Source: Planctomycetota bacterium (GTDB taxonomy: Bacteria > Planctomycetota > SZUA-567 > H5-PLA8). Taken from it: a stretch of 18,245 nucleotides of DNA. The notes under the pieces were generated by a model. It was not told the DNA's origin. It saw nothing but the letters and a program-made list of their open reading frames with translations, and ran no database searches. Below, piece by piece: positions 7,955-15,037 of this stretch. The stretch covers positions 1-18,245 of the forward strand of contig BTVV01000123.1 of the NCBI GenBank assembly GCA_045863855.1. Direction: 5' to 3'. Both the position numbers and the translations under genes were made by a program. Every line of letters begins with the position of its first letter. Position 1 is the stretch's first letter.

Positions 7955-10303
7955 GTGGGAATGAGACAGGTGCAGTCACAGGCCGTACCACCGGTACCGA
8001 ATGACCTGAACCACGACAGCCGCTTGCTCGCTGACGCGGCGCTCTGGGACGGACTCGATCTGGTCTATGCCCCGTTGCAGAGTGTGCGCACGGCACGGGC
8101 GCGGGGTGCTGAAGCTGAAGCGCGCAGCGCGCTGGTGAGCCACTTCCGGCTCAAGCGCACGCCCAAGATCACCAAGTATCGCACGGATCGGCATTGGACA
8201 GATTGGCAGGGCGGCCCAAGCCTGCTTCAGCGTGCCAACGCACTGGTGGACTTCAGCGTCTACGAGGGGCATGAGGAACCGATCTGTGTCGGACGCGACG
8301 GGCGCATCGACTGGAAGGCCGCCAACCGCCTGAAGCACGAGATCGTGCGTCAGGGCGCCATGGCAACACTGGCTGAAGCGTGGGCACGCACTGGGAAAGC
8401 TTGCTATGCCAATGCCCTGCGCGCCTGGATGGAGAGCCATTGGCAACAGCAGCCTTTCGTCTTAGACCCCGCTTTTCACCGCGAGGAGTTTGCGCTGTTC
8501 GGTGGCGAGGCCTATCCGCAGCTCAGCAGCTGTTACGTGCTTTTCCAATGGGCGGATATCTTGGACTCGAAGCTGATGCGCAGCGCCGGCGCCTTGCCCG
8601 ACGACTTCTGGTTTGAGTTCATCAAGCGCTTCTGGTTTCTGGCCTACCAGTTCACGCGTTACCTGGGAGCTTCCTGGCGCGCAGACAACCATCACCTGAT
8701 GGAGCGCGGGACGGCCTGCTATTTCCTGGGTGTGGGCTACCCCGAGTTCAAGCGCGCCAAGGAGATGGAGCAGTATGCGCGGAGGATCGTCCGCCAGCAC
8801 TTCGATCATAACGTCCTTCCCGACCACACCGGAAGCGAAAGCTGCATGGCTTACCAGTATCGCTGCCTGGTGCGGTACGCGAAGGCCGACTCGGTGGCGC
8901 AGGCCAACCGGCGGTCGCTCTTGGGGCGCGCGCGGGAACGCAAACTGAAAGATTGGCTGGACTCTTACGGCCAGCTCTGCGCTCCCGACGGGCGCCTGCC
9001 CGACACCGGCGATGGCGGCGGACCCACGCTCCAGTTCATCTGCGAGCAGAGCGGCGCGCTCTACGGTTCTGCTTCGCTCAAAGCCATCGCTTCCGCCCTA
9101 GGCTGTGAGGGCCCCGTCAATCCTGCTTTCCAGGCGCAGTGGGATCGCGTTGTGCCGCGCGCGCCACAGCCGATGTCCCGCTTCTTCCCCAATATCGGAC
9201 ATCTGGTTCTGCGCGATGGTTGGCGCCGGGACTCGCATTGGCTGTGGCTGGGAGCGAAAAACGAGGGGCTGTTCGACATTCACACGCACTGGAACACCTT
9301 CGACTTCACACTTTGCGCCTTCGGCAGGCGCATCATCGGCAACCCGAACAGCCGAACCTATGGACTGCCCCGCGGCTTGGCACGTGGCTATTACTATTCG
9401 ATGGACGCGCACAATACCCTAGTGATCGATAACGACACACTCAAATCCCATGCCGCGCTCGCCAACTCCTGGGGCCTGCAGCCGACGCGGATTACGGTCG
9501 CCGCCACCTGCCTGAGGTCTGGTGTAGGTTTGGATTACGCCACCTTCCGGCACGATGGTTATCGACCATTGCTACACCGCCGAGACGTGTTCTTTGTCCG
9601 CGGGCGCTACCTCATCTTTAGCGACTGCATCAGCATGAACTTCGCAGGATTCAACACCGTCTTCGCAACGGAAGGGGACATTCGGCCTCACCACTACCGC
9701 CAACGCCTGCATTTCGAAACCGGCGTTTCGGCTCAGAAACTGGCCGGAGTCGAGGGACTGGACGCACGCGGGAAGGACGGGTGTGGGGCTCTGATCGTGC
9801 CAGAACCGTTTGAGAACCTGAGCATTGTTGAAGGTCCCAACCAATACCTGGAGGACCTGAACGTCGAACGCTGGCGTGGCTATCGCATGGCGGATATCAC
9901 GCGCCAGACGATAGGGGCCTGCTTCTTCTCGACGGTGTACTACCCCCACGATGGTCGCAAGGTGCCTACGCTGCGCGTCACAGCACTGACGCCTAGGCAG
10001 ACGCCTTTTCGCAACGACCGTTACCACGCCATTCTGATTGACGATGGCGAGTTCCAGGACCTGTGGCTGCTGCAGCGCGACTTGGTGCATCCGCTGGGAG
10101 TGGTAATCGGGCGGGACGGGTTGCACCTGCAAACAGACGCTGCGGTCCTGTTTCTCTCGATGAGTAAGAATAAGATCGTGAGCACATTCCGCATCGGCGG
10201 CGCAAGCGTGCGCCTCAATGGCCAAACGATCAAGGTGAGCAATTCGAAACTGACCTGGCATATGCGCCCGGCAGAAGGCCACACTCGAAAGCGCAGAGGC
10301 TGA
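7955..10303 (+). CDS. Heparinase II/III-family polysaccharide lyase (PL12-like)
   Basis: RBS AGAGGAG (7942-7948) before GTG 7955; alternative ATG 7961. Motifs NHHLME, LPDHTGSESCMAYQ, PDGRLPDTGDG, FFPNIGHLVLRDGW, HTHWNTFDFTLCAFGRRII, AHNTLVID, HDGY and HRRDVFFV follow the family order. No signal peptide. Confidence 0.85.
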   Translation: MGMRQVQSQAVPPVPNDLNHDSRLLADAALWDGLDLVYAPLQSVRTARARGAEAEARSALVSHFRLKRTPKITKYRTDRHWTDWQGGPSLLQRANALVDFSVYEGHEEPICVGRDGRIDWKAANRLKHEIVRQGAMATLAEAWARTGKACYANALRAWMESHWQQQPFVLDPAFHREEFALFGGEAYPQLSSCYVLFQWADILDSKLMRSAGALPDDFWFEFIKRFWFLAYQFTRYLGASWRADNHHLMERGTACYFLGVGYPEFKRAKEMEQYARRIVRQHFDHNVLPDHTGSESCMAYQYRCLVRYAKADSVAQANRRSLLGRARERKLKDWLDSYGQLCAPDGRLPDTGDGGGPTLQFICEQSGALYGSASLKAIASALGCEGPVNPAFQAQWDRVVPRAPQPMSRFFPNIGHLVLRDGWRRDSHWLWLGAKNEGLFDIHTHWNTFDFTLCAFGRRIIGNPNSRTYGLPRGLARGYYYSMDAHNTLVIDNDTLKSHAALANSWGLQPTRITVAATCLRSGVGLDYATFRHDGYRPLLHRRDVFFVRGRYLIFSDCISMNFAGFNTVFATEGDIRPHHYRQRLHFETGVSAQKLAGVEGLDARGKDGCGALIVPEPFENLSIVEGPNQYLEDLNVERWRGYRMADITRQTIGACFFSTVYYPHDGRKVPTLRVTALTPRQTPFRNDRYHAILIDDGEFQDLWLLQRDLVHPLGVVIGRDGLHLQTDAAVLFLSMSKNKIVSTFRIGGASVRLNGQTIKVSNSKLTWHMRPAEGHTRKRRG

Positions 10304-10323
10304 CGGGTAACTCGGAGAAATAA

Positions 10324-11055
10324 ATGCCCGGCAACAACGTGATTTATGATTGGAGTGCGCGCAAAGATCTCCGCGACTGGAAGTTGGAGGGTCACGGTGA
10401 GTTGAAGGTGGCCGATGATGGGGCGCTGCATGTCCGCACGCTCAACCATGGCCCATTGCGCCGGGCCAGCAATGCTTGGTTAAAGGATCTGCAGTTGCCC
10501 GAGGCTTTCGAGGTACAGTGGGATTACCGTCACGATCATCTGACAGGCGGGATGACCAACCATGAGGGCGTGATGCTGTTGTTCAACGCCCTCCCCATGG
10601 CCTTGCGCACGCTGTGGGAAGATCCGCGACCGTATGCCGTCTACAGCGACATCTTCAGCTATCGCAAAATGGTCTGCTACAGCTACGGCTTCTGCCGCAG
10701 TCCTTTCGGCCAGGACAGTCAGCTCCGCAAACTCGGCGGCGCCGTGCCACCTGAAGCTGGTGAATCGCGGCTGGCTGAGCTGGCGGGGAAGAACTTCGAT
10801 GAGCTGACGGTGCTCAGTAAAGCTTGCGAACCCATACCTGAAGACCAGGGGCGGGAGTATCACACGCATCGAGTGCGGCGCGAGGGGGCTGCGATCCAGG
10901 TCTGGTGCGACGACACGCTCTTGCACGACCTGCGCGACACAGGGCAGTATCAGTTCCACAAGGAGCCGCTGCAGGGCGGACATCTGGGCTTTCGAAACTG
11001 GGCCGGGTACATCGACGGCTTCTACCGCAACCTGGTGGTGCGCAGGATCGGCTGA
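10324..11055 (+). CDS. YesU/DUF1961-like protein (concanavalin A-like fold)
   Basis: RBS GGAG upstream, 20 nt after the preceding stop. Contains DLRDWKLEG, WLKDLQLPEAFEVQWDY, QLRK and the C-terminal PLQGGHLGFRNW...YRNLVVRRI, resembling the YesU 'GGKIGFRQM...Y.NL.V' ending. Confidence 0.7.
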   Translation: MPGNNVIYDWSARKDLRDWKLEGHGELKVADDGALHVRTLNHGPLRRASNAWLKDLQLPEAFEVQWDYRHDHLTGGMTNHEGVMLLFNALPMALRTLWEDPRPYAVYSDIFSYRKMVCYSYGFCRSPFGQDSQLRKLGGAVPPEAGESRLAELAGKNFDELTVLSKACEPIPEDQGREYHTHRVRREGAAIQVWCDDTLLHDLRDTGQYQFHKEPLQGGHLGFRNWAGYIDGFYRNLVVRRIG

Positions 11056-11070
11056 GAGCTACGCGGATGC

Positions 11071-11116
11071 ATCCACTCGGACGCGCTTGCGCGCGCCGGT
11101 GATGTGTGCGTTAGGC
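11071..11116 (+). mobile_element. Integron attC site lacking its R'' box
   Basis: ATCCACTCGGAC-GCGC-TTGC-GCGC-GCCGGTGAT-GTGTGC-GTTAGGC is an imperfect hairpin with extrahelical bases: ATC(C)AC(T)CGG(A)C pairs with GCCGGTGAT. It ends in a GTTRRRY core at 11110-11116. No RYYYAAC is found at the expected upstream position. Confidence 0.8.
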
Positions 11117-11157
11117 ATTGCGGCGATGGTGGTTGTGTACACGAAGTGAGGGTAATT

Positions 11158-11490
11158 ATGCGGTTAAAATGGTATTCGGAAGACCCTGGCGACACCAAGG
11201 ATGTCACTGTGGTTATGCTAGTGCTTTCCGAAAGCCGATGGCGTGAGATTAAGTCGAAAGTCTCCGATCCAGACCAGTGGTGCGAAACCTATGATCAGTG
11301 GCTGGCGACCGAAAGCGCGAATCGAAAGACCTACATGGTAAAGGGGTACACTATCGTGGATTTCTCGTTAAGCCTCGATCAGGCAAAGATTTGGTGCCAA
11401 AGTAAAAAGCTTGTTCTCAGTACTAAATCGATCTCCAAATACGTGATCTCTTCATATACACAGAGCTGCCATGGACAACGCGGCGCCTAA
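11158..11490 (+). CDS. Integron cassette-encoded hypothetical protein (110 aa)
   Basis: ATG 11158 follows GAGGGT, shortly after the GTTAGGC core. The TAA stop lies inside the downstream GCCTAAC (R'') box. GC is low (20/60 in 11401-11460). The pattern W..I.....D......TY..WL...G..I......D....WC resembles a small conserved hypothetical family. Confidence 0.75.
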   Translation: MRLKWYSEDPGDTKDVTVVMLVLSESRWREIKSKVSDPDQWCETYDQWLATESANRKTYMVKGYTIVDFSLSLDQAKIWCQSKKLVLSTKSISKYVISSYTQSCHGQRGA

Positions 11491-11526
11491 CTATCGCATG
11501 CACCGGAGCGGCGGATTACGCGCTAA
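11485..11526 (+). mobile_element. Left half of a second attC site, truncated
   Basis: GCCTAAC (11485-11491) is the exact reverse complement of the upstream GTTAGGC. It is followed by TATCGC-ATGCACCGGAGCGGCGG, an L''-type arm. The complementary arm and R' are absent, and transposase sequence begins near 11526 (junction approximate). Confidence 0.75.
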
Positions 11527-11892
11527 CGAACGGACCAATGTTAGTATGTCGCCAGTTGTGGGCGCGTCGCGATAAATCCGAAGCGCAAGGAGCTTGCGCG
11601 AGAAGCCGTCTTCAAGCGCGGCGACGTAGTAGCGAAAGAGCGGCAGCCAAGGCGCGGGCAGTTCGAAGGTGGTCAGATCGAGATGCCAGACGCGGTTGGG
11701 TTCCTGGGGGCGCAACAGGTCATGCGCTCGGACCTTGGGTCCGCTCACGCAATCGGCGGCGGCTGGCGCGGCGGGCCGCTTGGGCTTGGGCTCGCGCAGG
11801 ATGCGCTGGACCGAGGCTCGGCTGATCTGGACGCCTGCGCGGACCAGTTGGATAGCGATGGAGCGAGTGCCGAAATCCGCTTTGACGCACAG
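11526..11892 (-). pseudogene. Internal fragment of a DDE-type integrase/transposase (HTH plus start of the rve core)
   Basis: Reads DFGTRSIAIQLVRAGVQISRASVQRILRE (HTH) ... RPQEPNRVWHLDLT ... YVAALEDGFSRKLL ... APTT. The first catalytic Asp region is present. The second Asp, the Glu and the N-terminus are missing. Confidence 0.85.
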
Positions 11893-12099
11893 TGTACCTG
11901 CCCAATTTCTTGTCGCATTCCTAACCGAATTAGTTTGTCTTGGATGTTCGGCGTTCGCTGGGGTGTCTTGCCGAATTGCCAGAAATTTCCGTGGGGCTCC
12001 ACGGGGCGGATTCTCGAACTGGCTTCGTAAACCAGGCCCTTTCGATAAGGCATCTTCGAGCCCCCATTTCCGAATTGGCGTCGTAATTGTCACGGGCCG
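11893..12099. mobile_element. Probable terminal segment of another IS-like element
   Basis: Begins TGTACCTGCCCAATTTCTTGTCGCAT (5'-TG terminus) where transposase similarity stops and base composition changes. Contains three CCGAATT copies (11925, 11971, 12070) and the dyad CCGTGG-GGCT-CCACGG (11989-12004). No partner IR in the window. Confidence 0.4.
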
Positions 12100-13184
12100 T
12101 GTACTTTCCTAAACCGTCCCCCCATTCGATTGGACAGGGGCTAAGAAGCGGGCACCTTAGAGGAGGGGCTCGGCGGCCCCGTACTTTAAGGGGGGTGTAC
12201 GATGGCGCAGCAGATCCAGGACGATCCGGTGAAGGGGCCGACGCCGCAGCGGTGGACGGCCAAGCGCAAGGCGACCGTTTGCATGGAGATCCTCAAGGGC
12301 AAGACGACCGCTGCGGAGGTCGCGCGCATGCACGGACTCACCGTGGCCGACGTCGAAGGCTGGCTGGGGCGCTTCATGCACGGCGCCGAGGAGTTCCTCA
12401 AGGCCATACCCAAGGAAGTCGAGGAACGCCACGCGTCCGAGAAAAAGGAACTGTTGGGCAGGATCGGCGATCTTTCCATGCAGGTGGATGTTTTAATAAA
12501 AGCGAACGGTTTGCCGAGCAAGGTCTCGCCGGACGAGGACGCTTGAACGCCGTGCGCAACGCGCTGCTCGAGGAAGGACGCGACGTGTCGATGACGAAGC
12601 TCTGCCGCTGGCTGGACGTACCGCGCTCGACGGCCTACTACCAGCCTCGGCAACTCGAAGCCCGGCCGCTGGACGAGGCGCTCGCGCTGGTGATCTACGC
12701 CGTGATCCAGGAGTTCCCGGCGTTCGGCATCCGGCGCGTGTGGGCGTACCTGCGCTTCCGGCTGAAGTGGGCGGTGAACAAGAAGACCGTCGCGCGGATC
12801 ATGCGCGCGACAGGCTGGACGATGAAACAACGCCGCGTGGGCGGCCGGCCGCGCACGCAGAGTTGGCGGTCGGTGGCCCAGCGCCCGAACGAACGCTGGG
12901 CGACGGACATCGCGCTGGTCTTTTGCGGCGCGCGAGACGGCTGGTGCAGCTTCGTACCGGTGCTGGACTGCTGCACGCGGCAGGTGCTGGGCTGGGAACT
13001 GGCGCCGACGGGTCGCGCGAAGACGACCGAGCGCGCGCTGGAATCGGCGCTCTTGTCACGCTTCGGGACGACGCGCGGCGCTCCGGAGGGCCTGACGATC
13101 CGGCACGACAACGGGCTGGTCTTCGGATCGCGCCTTTTTCGAGGGGTGGTGCGGGATTACGAATTGCGCCAGGAGTTCATCACG
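12100..13184 (+). mobile_element. IS3-family insertion sequence, 3'-truncated
   Basis: Putative left end TGTACTTTCCTAAACCGTCC at 12100, followed by orfA and orfB in the -1 arrangement. The right IR is absent. Confidence 0.85.
12202..12546 (+). CDS. IS3-family transposase OrfA (HTH, DUF1153-like)
   Basis: RWTAKRKATVCMEILKGKTTAAEVARMHGLT...W HTH followed by a coiled segment (ELLGRIGDLSMQVDVL). G-rich RBS upstream. The stop overlaps the orfB TTG (TTGA, 12543-12546). Confidence 0.9.
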   Translation: MAQQIQDDPVKGPTPQRWTAKRKATVCMEILKGKTTAAEVARMHGLTVADVEGWLGRFMHGAEEFLKAIPKEVEERHASEKKELLGRIGDLSMQVDVLIKANGLPSKVSPDEDA

Positions 13185-13205
13185 CACTGGAAGCCCCGCT
13201 CGTAA
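12543..13205 (+). pseudogene. IS3-family transposase OrfB, truncated before the catalytic Glu
   Basis: PRSTAYY, FGIRRVWAYLR, VNKKTVARIMR, PNERWATD, DCCTRQVLGW, IRHDNGLVF and RQEFIT are present. The expected PxxPxxNGxxER segment is replaced by HWKPRS-stop from 13185. Confidence 0.88.
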
Positions 13206-13287
13206 ACGACCCGCTCGCGGTGAACCACGCCGACGATTTTCAATCAAGTCAAGAGTGAAGCCGGAATGGGGTTCATAGAACGCTTAC
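13185..13287 (+). mobile_element. Right-end remnant of an IS66-family element
   Basis: Ends ATGGGGTTCATAGAACGCTTAC at 13287; the reverse complement GTAAGCGTTC... is the IS66-type terminus. The preceding HWKPRS-stop resembles the LLPxxWK C-terminus of IS66 TnpC. Confidence 0.65.
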
Positions 13288-13583
13288 TAACAAACGAGAT
13301 TGAAAGCTTCTGCCCAAAACCTCAACACCTGGCTCGAATCCTTCATGCCACGCTCCTGACGCGCGCGCTACTTCCTATACTCCACCATTTTAGCACGCAC
13401 GACTAACAAACATGACGACCAAGGAGGTCAATGATGGGATGCTTCTGCCGGCGTATTGATAAACAAGCACGCACACGTGCATTTCGAAAGGGTTAATAAG
13501 TACAAACTTGAGCTGCTGAACCGGCGGCACTTCGCATTGTACCTGATGAACGCAGGAATCATCGCGTCACCGGGGACCTTCTC

Positions 13584-14504
13584 ATGAACGAGTCGACCGC
13601 GCTTCCTTGCACCCAACGCCGCCCAACGGCGCTCTCGCAGGCGTTACGGGCGATTGCCTATCCGGATACAGTGCCGCCGCTCGCACAAAAGTGTCCCGAT
13701 TTCACGCAAGATGGCTTGGCACTGTGCGACGACCCCCACTACCTGCTGCGGGTCGCCGGGCGAGTAGAGGACCGCGCGCGCGCGTGGGCGTTGGCATACC
13801 GCGTCTACTTGGGCAAAGGCTATGCGCGTGAGTCGGAGATGGGCTTGTGGTACGGCCTGCATGACGCATTACCCGATACGGTCACGTTCCTAGTGGATAG
13901 GCGGCGCGAAGCAGTCTCTGCGCTGACACTGGTCTTCGATTCTCCCCTGGGTCTTCCGGCGGACGGCTTGTTTGCCCAAGAGATCGATGCCCTGAGGGCG
14001 TCGTGCCGGAGGCCGTGCGAACTTGTCAGCTTGGTTTCCACCGAAACCGACCGTTGCCGGGGGTCCGAACTAGTCCGGCAACTTTTCCGCCTAGCGCACC
14101 GTGCGGCTGAGCAGGATGCCGACGATTTTCTAATCACGGTGAATCCGCGGCACGCGCCGTTCTACATCAGAAAGCTGCTCTTCGAGCGGATCGGTCCGGA
14201 CCGCGCGTACGAGAAAGTGAACGGTGCTCCGGCCACGCCGCTGCGTCTGGATCTGCGTACGGCGCGGGAGCGCTATCGTGCAGCCTACGCGGGCCGCCCG
14301 GATGGAGACGATCTGTATCACTTTTTCTGTGGCGCGCACGAGCGTCCTATGGCGGCGTGGATCGCCGCGCGACGCCGCCCGCTCGAACCGTACGCGCTGC
14401 AGCGCTACTTTGAAACGTTGCGCCCGCTGCTGTCCGAAGCGTCCGAAGTGCACCGCGAGTATTTGCACGCGGTGTACGAGCGCCATGCGATGTCCGGCTC
14501 GTAA
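13584..14504 (+). CDS. FeeM-like N-acyl amino acid synthase (GNAT-like fold), 306 aa
   Basis: GGGGA RBS at 13572-13576. Motifs AWALAYRVYLGKGY, TVTFL, SALTLVFDSPLGLPADGLFAQEIDALR, CELVSL (Glu at the putative catalytic position), DDFLITVNPRHAPFY..KLLFE, VNGAPA..LRLDL and LYHFF. It carries a C-terminal extension of about 55 aa. Confidence 0.85.
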   Translation: MNESTALPCTQRRPTALSQALRAIAYPDTVPPLAQKCPDFTQDGLALCDDPHYLLRVAGRVEDRARAWALAYRVYLGKGYARESEMGLWYGLHDALPDTVTFLVDRRREAVSALTLVFDSPLGLPADGLFAQEIDALRASCRRPCELVSLVSTETDRCRGSELVRQLFRLAHRAAEQDADDFLITVNPRHAPFYIRKLLFERIGPDRAYEKVNGAPATPLRLDLRTARERYRAAYAGRPDGDDLYHFFCGAHERPMAAWIAARRRPLEPYALQRYFETLRPLLSEASEVHREYLHAVYERHAMSGS

Positions 14505-14537
14505 AAGCGGCCGATTGTCCTGACAGGAGCACGAACC

Positions 14538-14950
14538 ATGATGCCGCAAACAGCGCCCGCCAACCTGCCCACTCGACTCGTCGATACCGCGAGTGCCGCC
14601 CGCTAGGATTGGGTTACGGTGCTGAATTCCGGGACTGTGCAGGATCCACTCGCCGCACGCGAGGCTTACGAGCAGTACACGACGGCGCTGGAACGAGTAC
14701 TGCTCGGCGCGGTCAAACCGCGTGGACGCGCGATGGTTCAGGAAAAGGTGCGCGTCGCCTTACGGCGGCGCATTCCGCTCTGCCCAATCAGCACCGACAG
14801 CAATTGGGGCTACGGCTGCGCCTTGCCGGCCTGCGACGGATGCGTGACTGTGGATCTCTCTGGCATGAGAGCATCGAATTCGACGCAGAACTGAGCTTGG
14901 CCACGGTAGAGCCGGGCGTCACGCCGGAACAACTGGCCGTGTACCCGAAT
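14538..14950 (+). pseudogene. N-terminal fragment of a VAO/PCMH-type FAD-binding oxidoreductase
   Basis: RBS AGGAG (14525-14529) and ATG 14538, with an in-frame TAG at 14604-14606. Then GAVKP...IPLCPISTDSNWGYGCALPACDGCVTVDLSGM, a frameshift near 14868-14872, and IEFDAELSLATVEPGVTPEQLAVY. Similarity ends near 14950. It aligns directly with the intact paralog at 15038-16702. Confidence 0.88.
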
Positions 14951-15037
14951 GGGAGGGCGCGGTGCGCGAGCAGGAGGAACGCGCCGAGCCGAGCCGAATT
15001 TCCCCGCGAAGCTACGAAGCGTCACGAAAGCCGTCTT

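Noticed and set aside
11920..11960. Third attC site (CCTAAC...GTTCGGC)
   Set aside because: There are no L''/L' arms with the expected pairing and the core sites are not complementary.
11491..12093. The 200-aa minus-strand ORF as an intact transposase
   Set aside because: Only 11526-11892 is transposase-like. The two ends are read-through into a non-coding segment and into the attC arm.
12087..12542. N-terminal 152 codons of the 372-aa ORF as real protein
   Set aside because: This is the open -1 frame overlapping orfA with low-complexity Arg/Gly content. OrfB similarity starts near 12543.
13202..13287. Miniature IS66-derived element bounded by GTAAACG and CGCTTAC
   Set aside because: The two ends match only over the first few bases and there is no flanking 8-bp duplication. 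The left motif overlaps the TnpC-like stop codon.
13286..13411. 10-nt direct repeat ACTAACAAAC at 13286 and 13402 as an IS66 target-site duplication
   Set aside because: The second copy lies downstream of the IS end rather than on the other side of the element, so it cannot be a normal flanking duplication. It may be chance.
13464..13530. Superficial resemblance to a c-di-GMP-I riboswitch (CACGCACA...TTCGAAAG...CAAA) upstream of the acyl synthase
   Set aside because: The conserved GGCAAAC and GACGCAAAG elements are absent and the stem around GAAA pairs poorly. An Rfam covariance scan would be needed to revive it.
14604..14606. In-frame TAG as pyrrolysine or stop-codon read-through
   Set aside because: The same gene also has a frameshift, a degraded motif (ISTDSNWGYG) and a large truncation, and other genes here end in TAG. 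Decay is the simpler explanation.
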